Virus record (IMG/VR): IMGVR_UViG_3300033067_000202
Coordinates: 1-51,222 of that record
Reading direction: 5' to 3' (one strand)
Length of the DNA stretch: 51,222 nt
From: a virus
Taxonomy: Duplodnaviria; Caudoviricetes
A program made the translations under genes and the position numbers. The first letter of the stretch is position 1, and each line of letters opens with the position of its first letter. This document shows positions 44,989-51,222 of the stretch, in pieces. The notes under the pieces were generated by a model. It was not told the DNA's origin. It searched no databases and saw nothing but the letters and a program-made list of their open reading frames with translations.

Positions 44989-46230
44989 TCAAATTGTATT
45001 AGAGGTTCTTGGAGAAGGTACTCTTGAAGCACAGTGACGAATAATGTCAACGCACTCATCTATGTCCTTATGACTTTTTAGTTTAGCCATAATCTTCTCA
45101 AATGACATAGTATTTTCTTTATGAAACTCTAGAATTATATCAGCGGCATCTTCTAGATTTTCCTTAACCCACACCTTAATCTCATGGCTTGGTTGACCTT
45201 TCATCAATGTTAGTATGGGTAAAAGTTGAGAAGGTTCTTCCACCATGTTCTGAGAGAGGGGAAACATTAGTACCTTATTAGGGTCTTTCTCCTCTTCTTG
45301 TTGGCGTTCAAGAGCCTTTTGTCTTTCGTCCTCAAGGAGAAGTTCAAGCCATTCTTTTTCGTCAGCGTAGTCCTGAAATGACATACCTCTCTTCTCGGCT
45401 TCCTCCCTCATTGCCTTCTCGGTTATTGAAGAGACTTCACCCTTATAATTATGATTAGCTGTTCTTTCTTTATGGGCTTGAGCATACTCTTCAGCTAAGG
45501 TCTTAGTAGTCTCCTGCTTGGAGGCGGTCGTAGTAGTCGTCCCCGAAGCCCCAGCCGAACCTACCTCTTGACCTTGTTGACGAAAAGGGGGGTTGGTAAC
45601 TGCTTTACCTCCACTGTGATGTGTACGATTGTAGGTATAAGTTTCATTGGTGCTGTAAGTATTAGACAACCAACAATTATCTACCTCTTTACCATCTTCG
45701 GCATTAAGTATCAATACATTATTCTCAATACCTTCTTCTGGTGAACGCATAAACAACAACTTAGAACCCTTAATAGTGGTCTGCAACCATTGTTGAAATT
45801 CTTCATTACCCCAAAGAAGTTCAATATTAGTCTTAGCTATTGGTTTAAGAATGTACTCTACAAAGTGCCAAGTATCAGACATAGTTTTATCTGTCTCAGG
45901 TGCGTCACGTAGAACCCCATTGTGCATCATGTATAAATCCCTAGCATCACCATCATCAATAGATAGAATCTTATAAGGATGACAATTAGCCAAGTTAGTA
46001 TGACCATGAGTAGTTAACCTAGCGTGCATAGCATAAGAGTCCCTATTTTTATGTTTCTGCCATAGCTGGAACTTCTGTTTATCAGTCCCTACAGTTTTCT
46101 CTACATGGACTCGATTATCATCTCCAATATACATGATACCTAAACCGTTCTGGTTACGAGTAATCATAGACTTAAAGTGCCTATTAGTAAAGACACCTTG
46201 AGCATTTTCTTTAAACATTATTAAACACAT
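44989..46230 (-). CDS. class II (Ntn) glutamine amidotransferase-like protein
   Basis: N-terminal MC, HARLTTHG, NCHP, HNG, SDT. Confidence 0.88.
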   Translation of the reverse strand: MCLIMFKENAQGVFTNRHFKSMITRNQNGLGIMYIGDDNRVHVEKTVGTDKQKFQLWQKHKNRDSYAMHARLTTHGHTNLANCHPYKILSIDDGDARDLYMMHNGVLRDAPETDKTMSDTWHFVEYILKPIAKTNIELLWGNEEFQQWLQTTIKGSKLLFMRSPEEGIENNVLILNAEDGKEVDNCWLSNTYSTNETYTYNRTHHSGGKAVTNPPFRQQGQEVGSAGASGTTTTTASKQETTKTLAEEYAQAHKERTANHNYKGEVSSITEKAMREEAEKRGMSFQDYADEKEWLELLLEDERQKALERQQEEEKDPNKVLMFPLSQNMVEEPSQLLPILTLMKGQPSHEIKVWVKENLEDAADIILEFHKENTMSFEKIMAKLKSHKDIDECVDIIRHCASRVPSPRTSNTI

Positions 46231-46257
46231 TGTAGTATTTCCTTTATTAAATTGTTG

Positions 46258-48615
46258 TTAAGAAGCTGCAAGTATTTGGTCTTGAGCTTGTTTATTACAG
46301 GCATCATCTTTAGAGAATCGTTTATTAACAAGTCGCCTATTAATGATTTCCTTTTTACTTTTAATACTCTTTTGCTGTACTTCTAGTTTCTTAATTAATT
46401 CAGGAGGAGTATCTTTTTTAATTACAACAGAGTCTATATTAAAGTTCTTCTTCACTAACCATAACCGCAAGTTAGTATACATATCATCAGAGTTACTAGG
46501 GTCAAGCAACCATAATAAATATTTCTTATAGCTTAAGTCACCTATAGCACATTCTTTAGTGTAATAATACAATGAATGAACAAACTCTAGGTTCTTTAAG
46601 AAGCTAATAGTACCTAAATTACCTTTGAAGATACGCACTTCAACAGTCTTAGCATTGGTACAATTAACAGCTTGTCTACGCATAAGACTTCCTTGGTCAG
46701 CGAACTTACGTCCATCAAGATTACCTATATGTTCTTTAAGAGGTAGGTCTTGATACCTAGTATAGTCATTAGCACTACGTTGAGCAACAGTTTCAACAAA
46801 ATGTTTATTTTCTAACATATTGATAAACCGCATAAACTTAGCTAGATGCAGCCCTGTAAAGGCTTCCCTAGATATATGAACGTGCATACCACAGGTACTT
46901 GTAGTATAAGACTTAAGGTACTTCTTAGTCTCTGACTCAAGGAAAGGCTTCCACCGTTCTTTATGGTATTGTAGAGTAGCAGGAATTGATACAATTTCAA
47001 ATGGATTGTGTCCACTCAAAGAGCCATCGTGTTTCAATATAACAAAGTCTCTACCTAATACCTTATACACGTCATCTGTGACATTAAGTTTAGGCATCAT
47101 TATATCTACGTCATGAGGCTTCCAGTTAGAATTCTGTTCTACCTCAAGTTCAACTCCCAAGTAAGGTGTTGGAATATAAGCAGAATGGTATGTAGTCAAC
47201 TTATTACAGCAACTCATAGACTTACGAGGAGATAGATAAGTTAGAGCATTGAACATATGGTCTCTAAATACAGAGTACTTGAAGCTATCTTCTGATGGCA
47301 TGTTACGAATTACTGTGTAACGATAGCCCACTTCTGCTTCACGGTCATTAACACGTTCAATATAGTAAGGATTAGCACCTCCCATACGAGTAGGATGGTC
47401 AGATTGTTTAGAGTTCATAGCTACATAATATGCACTAAGCATCTGTTCACCTAGATGTACTCTAAAGAAAGTAGGAAGTAGCTGCTTAGTAATACTACAA
47501 GTAAAGACCTCTTTGTCATCTATCTTAGCATCGTTAAGTATTGTCTGTACTGCTTGGGCTTCACTTTCCCCATAGATGATTAAGTTAGACTTAAGTAAGT
47601 TAAAGCGATGGAAAGCTGCACAAACATTACCTTGTTGACGATTCCTAGCTATATCATTAAGTACCATTTGTTCAATATTATTGATACCTTTATAGCTTGC
47701 CCTATAGTATTTAAGAAACTCGCCTAAATCTTGTGAGTAAGCTGAATAAAGAGTTTTACTTGTAATAGCTACAGGTGTATTTTCTTTAAGTTTAACTTTA
47801 GTAAGTTGATACACTTGCCCATCAGCAGGTAGAGGGATATCTATAAACACAGATTCTTTACCTATCGCACTTAGAAGGTATTGATATTTAGTGGCTTTAG
47901 GTGTAGCCCCAGCCTTTTGTTGCTTCCAGAATGCACAGAAGTCATTAATAGGAGCTATATACATTTCACTATCTCTATCAGCTAAGAGGTCAGATACAGC
48001 ATCTAGTACTTCTTTATAGCGTTCATAATCAAACAAACCTAATAGATATGTAGCTACAGTATTGTAATTAATAAATGTAGTTCTACGTAGACTATTGAGT
48101 AGTTCTTTATTAGAGGCTTCACGTACTTTAAGTTTTTCAGTAAGTGATGCTTTAATGGCAGCTAGTTGAGTATCAGGTATAGCTATATGAATTATTTCAG
48201 CTTTCTTAATATCCTTAGCTTGTATCATAAATTTACGTACACTACGAGCATTTGGGCCGTTAGGATTATTCAAATCTATCTGAAAGCGTTTCAATAGTTG
48301 AGCATCATCTGACCTATCTTTATGCTTCAACTTAAAGACATCACCATCTATTGTGACGGTAGCATTGTCTTGTGGGTCATAGCTGACAATAAATCTTTCT
48401 GCAACATTAATTTTAGGGGGGTTAAACATATCTAAATTCTCCGTTAGTGGTGGTTCAGGTGGTCTTAAATTAAAAGGTGAAGCAGGAGTAGGTGCACCCC
48501 AATGCCAAGGAGTTTGTGTCATTCTTGTAGAGTCACTGAAATCAAATGATTCCCAACCCCTAGCGTCATTCCTTACTAATTCTCTCATTGATTCATCATT
48601 ATATCTTCTAGGCAT
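46258..48615 (-). CDS. putative amidoligase (COOH-NH2 ligase) with a long N-terminal extension
   Basis: GVELEVE, DGSL, FEIVSIP, CGMHVHIS, AVN...TVEVRIF. Confidence 0.85.
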   Translation of the reverse strand: MPRRYNDESMRELVRNDARGWESFDFSDSTRMTQTPWHWGAPTPASPFNLRPPEPPLTENLDMFNPPKINVAERFIVSYDPQDNATVTIDGDVFKLKHKDRSDDAQLLKRFQIDLNNPNGPNARSVRKFMIQAKDIKKAEIIHIAIPDTQLAAIKASLTEKLKVREASNKELLNSLRRTTFINYNTVATYLLGLFDYERYKEVLDAVSDLLADRDSEMYIAPINDFCAFWKQQKAGATPKATKYQYLLSAIGKESVFIDIPLPADGQVYQLTKVKLKENTPVAITSKTLYSAYSQDLGEFLKYYRASYKGINNIEQMVLNDIARNRQQGNVCAAFHRFNLLKSNLIIYGESEAQAVQTILNDAKIDDKEVFTCSITKQLLPTFFRVHLGEQMLSAYYVAMNSKQSDHPTRMGGANPYYIERVNDREAEVGYRYTVIRNMPSEDSFKYSVFRDHMFNALTYLSPRKSMSCCNKLTTYHSAYIPTPYLGVELEVEQNSNWKPHDVDIMMPKLNVTDDVYKVLGRDFVILKHDGSLSGHNPFEIVSIPATLQYHKERWKPFLESETKKYLKSYTTSTCGMHVHISREAFTGLHLAKFMRFINMLENKHFVETVAQRSANDYTRYQDLPLKEHIGNLDGRKFADQGSLMRRQAVNCTNAKTVEVRIFKGNLGTISFLKNLEFVHSLYYYTKECAIGDLSYKKYLLWLLDPSNSDDMYTNLRLWLVKKNFNIDSVVIKKDTPPELIKKLEVQQKSIKSKKEIINRRLVNKRFSKDDACNKQAQDQILAAS

Positions 48616-48617
48616 GA

Positions 48618-48827
48618 TTAAAGGTCTCCTTTAAGTTTGATATAATTAATATCCCCTTCTTCATCAAGATAACCTTTTTTAATGTATCTATGGGCTAACT
48701 TACTGAATCTGCTGTCCAAATTCTCTAATCCTTCAGATGATATTAGTTCTCCGACCAGTTCCACTATTTCTGTTTCAGATAATTCACCCGCATTAAGTTC
48801 CATCATTCTTACAGTATCTATCGGCAT
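48618..48827 (-). CDS. hypothetical protein
   Basis: ORF only. Confidence 0.6.
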   Translation of the reverse strand: MPIDTVRMMELNAGELSETEIVELVGELISSEGLENLDSRFSKLAHRYIKKGYLDEEGDINYIKLKGDL

Positions 48828-48880
48828 ATTATATTCTTTCTAGCTCTTATGGCTATGTTAAGGTGCTTATATAGTTGGTA

Positions 48881-49036
48881 GTGAGGCTGTCGGGAGTCCA
48901 ACCCGAAATATTGGTTATGGTCCTAGTTCTGACCAGGCTTGCGTGATGGTTCGGGTCGAAACCGTACTTGATACTTGCGTTGCTGGGATTACACTAGTCA
49001 TAATCAGATTACACGCTATCTCGAAGGCAGCCCCAT
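48881..49036 (-). ncRNA. tRNA/tmRNA-like RNA A (~153 nt)
   Basis: GGGGCTG/CAGCCTC acceptor-like stem; TCGGG-TTGGACT-CCCGA T-arm; TAGCGTGTAA strand; long internal helix. Confidence 0.75.
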
Positions 49037-49043
49037 AAAGGAA

Positions 49044-49137
49044 GTGATAGGAGTAGGAGTCCAACCTAATAGATTATATACTTGTGGCAAAGCCTCTGAT
49101 ATAAACAAGTTACACGCTACTTGCAAGCTCCTACCAT
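49044..49137 (-). ncRNA. tRNA/tmRNA-like RNA B (~91 nt), paralog of A
   Basis: GGTAGGAG/CTCCTATC stem; TAGG-TTGGACT-CCTA T-arm; TAGCGTGTAA strand. Confidence 0.75.
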
Positions 49138-49142
49138 AGGGA

Positions 49143-49859
49143 TTAACCAACGACTACTTCTTTAGTAACTATAGGGTCTTCAACTTCAGGTTCAACAAGA
49201 CCTTCAAGTATATCATCTTCTTTAGTGTGTAACATCTCTAGCATTTCTTCATCAGTGAAGTCACGTTCTGGTGCAGCAAAATAAGACTTCTTTTCTTCTT
49301 TCTTACCAAAGATATGTTCTTCATGTTTAATGTATGCTTCCCTTTTAGCAGCATACATTAAAGTATCCCATTTGTCAATATGTACTCCCTTCTTAGCTTT
49401 ATACCAAGCATCTAGTTCAATAGTTGAAGGAGATTTTTTATCTCGTATAAATACTCCGTTGATGGTGATGGAGTTAGGGTTGTGGGCAGCCATATCTTTT
49501 TCCTTATCTGGTAAAATTGTTAATGATTTTTCTCTTGGTAGTATTTCGCAAACATTAGTTGGTATTTCTTCTTCTTCCTCATCTTCTGGTTCTTCCATAG
49601 GTCTATTACTATGAGGAGCGAGTATATCTTCAAGTAAGTAAGTACACTCTTTAACAAATCCTACAGTAGGTATAGTCATTAGCTTTTCTACTGCATATAG
49701 TACACCAGAAGAAAACTCATCAAGTGCATCTATCTCTAGAAGTTCATCAGCCTTAGCCAATAGTTCTGCTATATCTAAAGGAGGATAGAAGCCCCCATTA
49801 TCTTCTAAGTCTGGGTATAACATTACATCAAATGACTTAGGTATATCTTGTTTAACCAT
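49143..49859 (-). CDS. acidic hypothetical protein
   Basis: ORF; TAATG coupling. Confidence 0.65.
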   Translation of the reverse strand: MVKQDIPKSFDVMLYPDLEDNGGFYPPLDIAELLAKADELLEIDALDEFSSGVLYAVEKLMTIPTVGFVKECTYLLEDILAPHSNRPMEEPEDEEEEEIPTNVCEILPREKSLTILPDKEKDMAAHNPNSITINGVFIRDKKSPSTIELDAWYKAKKGVHIDKWDTLMYAAKREAYIKHEEHIFGKKEEKKSYFAAPERDFTDEEMLEMLHTKEDDILEGLVEPEVEDPIVTKEVVVG

Positions 49860-50062
49860 TACTTTCCCTTTCTTAAGGAATGTTTATGAGCCAATATAGC
49901 TTTAACTGAAATCATATCCCAGTATGTTCCACTAGCATCAAGTAGAGACTTGACTTTATTTTCATACATTTGTTTAAGTATCTGCTCTAGGAAATACCTT
50001 GAATAAATTACAATAACTTTATTATGTTTAGGTGATGTGTCTATGTGTTTATTCATACTCAC
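49859..50062 (-). CDS. hypothetical protein
   Basis: ORF with AGGAG SD. Confidence 0.55.
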   Translation of the reverse strand: MSMNKHIDTSPKHNKVIVIYSRYFLEQILKQMYENKVKSLLDASGTYWDMISVKAILAHKHSLRKGK

Positions 50063-50243
50063 TCCTAGTCATAGCAGTTTTAATTACATTTACAGAAACA
50101 GAATCCACCTTAACAGAATCTAGCTCTTTTGTCAAGGCATTTATTAAAGCGGTCATTTCTGACTCAGCATAAGGATAAACACTCCATTGTCTATACAGTT
50201 TTTGTATATATGTTAATTTTCTAACTAAGTTATCTTTATTCAT
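50049..50243 (-). CDS. hypothetical protein
   Basis: ORF with SD. Confidence 0.55.
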   Translation of the reverse strand: MNKDNLVRKLTYIQKLYRQWSVYPYAESEMTALINALTKELDSVKVDSVSVNVIKTAMTRSEYE

Positions 50244-50245
50244 AA

Positions 50246-50635
50246 CTACCTTCCTTTAAATTTCATTACTTTAGGTTTAGGTTTAGTATATTTAAGACCT
50301 TCCCAATAAGCATTAGGATGTATTGTAGGTTTATCCATTGCCTTTTTAGCTACCTTAATATATTGGTCAGCAGGATAGATGATAGTAGGTTTCTTCTTTT
50401 CTACTGGCTTAATGACAATCTTCTGAGCCTTAATCTTAGCTTGAATATCTTGGTAGGTACAGAAAGGATTAATCATCTCATACCATTTCCAGTAGAATTT
50501 ACCATTCCAGTGTTCAGACCTATTCCATTGTAATCTCTTGATAAAATAAGGTTGAGTTAGCCATAACCATAGAGACATATAGTTACCTTTATAAGTTATT
50601 GTCTTAGCTGCATAATCTTCTACAGGTTTAGTCAT
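50246..50635 (-). CDS. basic, Trp-rich hypothetical protein
   Basis: ORF only. Confidence 0.55.
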   Translation of the reverse strand: MTKPVEDYAAKTITYKGNYMSLWLWLTQPYFIKRLQWNRSEHWNGKFYWKWYEMINPFCTYQDIQAKIKAQKIVIKPVEKKKPTIIYPADQYIKVAKKAMDKPTIHPNAYWEGLKYTKPKPKVMKFKGR

Positions 50636-50636
50636 A

Positions 50637-50786
50637 TTAATAGACCTTTGTTATAGTTATTACTTGTAATTTATTCTTCTTAGCATAGTTATCAGATAGT
50701 TTCCTAACCTGTTGTATTTCCATATGTTTATAATTACGGTACACCATAGCACCAGTAATAGTATTACAATATGATACACTAAACAT
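50637..50786 (-). CDS. 49-aa hypothetical protein (not in track)
   Basis: GGAGG SD; MFSVSYCNTITGAMVY...; fills the gap between neighbours. Confidence 0.55.
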   Translation of the reverse strand: MFSVSYCNTITGAMVYRNYKHMEIQQVRKLSDNYAKKNKLQVITITKVY

Positions 50787-50794
50787 AAAGCCTC

Positions 50795-50986
50795 CTAAAA
50801 TAAATCATCTACATCATCTTCAAGTAGTTGCTCTTCCTCAGCAATATCTCTGCCCCACTCTTCATAGAACTCTTCGTCATCACCTAGTTCATCTGTCTCC
50901 ATATTATCAGAAGCGTGGTCGTTCCAATCACCTTGACTATAAGACTTATAGATTACTTTAACCTTGTCTCCTATGTTGAACGTCAT
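50795..50986 (-). CDS. SH3/KOW-like N-terminus fused to an acidic tail
   Basis: MTFNIGDKVKVIYKSYSQGDWND followed by a D/E-rich stretch. Confidence 0.55.
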   Translation of the reverse strand: MTFNIGDKVKVIYKSYSQGDWNDHASDNMETDELGDDEEFYEEWGRDIAEEEQLLEDDVDDLF

Positions 50987-51209
50987 AATTACCTTCCCTA
51001 TAATCATGTATTATTTGATGTGCTTCCTTAATAGTAGTAAGATGTTCAGTAAAGGTAACATAAGTACCTCTAAGAGTACACATCTGTATCTCTACAGCTA
51101 ACTTATTATTATCTCTATAGCATTTAAACCCATGAGAACGTAGTAGGTCTGCACATTGATGCAGTATTAAATCTGTTTCAGCAGTTGTTACTTTTGGTTG
51201 CATCTTCAA
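50958..51209 (-). CDS. hypothetical protein
   Basis: ORF with AGGAG SD. Confidence 0.55.
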   Translation of the reverse strand: MKMQPKVTTAETDLILHQCADLLRSHGFKCYRDNNKLAVEIQMCTLRGTYVTFTEHLTTIKEAHQIIHDYREGNYDVQHRRQG

Positions 51210-51222
51210 TCTCCTGAACTAT

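Noticed and set aside
48881-49036. Bona fide tmRNA (5' GGGGCTG)
   Set aside because: Only ~153 nt; G-U pair at position 2 rather than 3; no in-place CCA and no recognisable tag ORF. Kept as tmRNA-like only.
48881-49137. YrlA-type Y RNA
   Set aside because: YrlA places the T-arm before the D-arm; here the order is D-like then T. No Ro60/TROVE gene is visible.
25924-50533. Plus-strand ORFs in the replication arm (e.g. 31596-31958, 39284-39466, 49330-49614)
   Set aside because: Antisense to real genes; 39284-39466 overlaps the tRNA and RNA cassette.
1-51222. Stop-codon reassignment, integrase, phage RNA polymerase or terminal repeats
   Set aside because: Long genes are intact in the standard code. 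No such genes or end repeats were recognised, though the window is incomplete.

Overview
AT-rich, partial genome of a tailed dsDNA podovirus-type phage with two convergent arms. The + arm (1-24880) carries packaging, head, tail, internal-virion and lysis genes. The - arm (24877-51222) carries replication, nucleotide-metabolism and early genes. A family A DNA polymerase with a DnaJ-type CxxCxGxG insert, the small-terminase-like gene and the gene order resemble HMO-2011-type phages. No RNA polymerase or integrase is visible, and the first ORF is truncated by the window edge. Family calls rest on motif recognition only; no searches were run. The most striking feature the ORF track does not explain is a set of GC-rich, structured non-coding elements on the - strand. 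Two adjacent paralogous tRNA/tmRNA-like RNAs (48881-49137) share an altered T-loop (TTGGACT). There is also a third T-arm element (34885-34955), a non-canonical tRNA-His with two more structured RNAs (39266-39616), and a ~270-nt structured region upstream of DNA ligase. The genome also encodes a CCA/poly(A)-polymerase-like nucleotidyltransferase. Other points: a probable internal start releasing a GH108 endolysin from a 1670-aa virion protein, repeated RNA motifs at the scaffold gene, a palindrome array with an antisense sigma70 promoter (candidate origin), and three internally deleted homing endonuclease genes.
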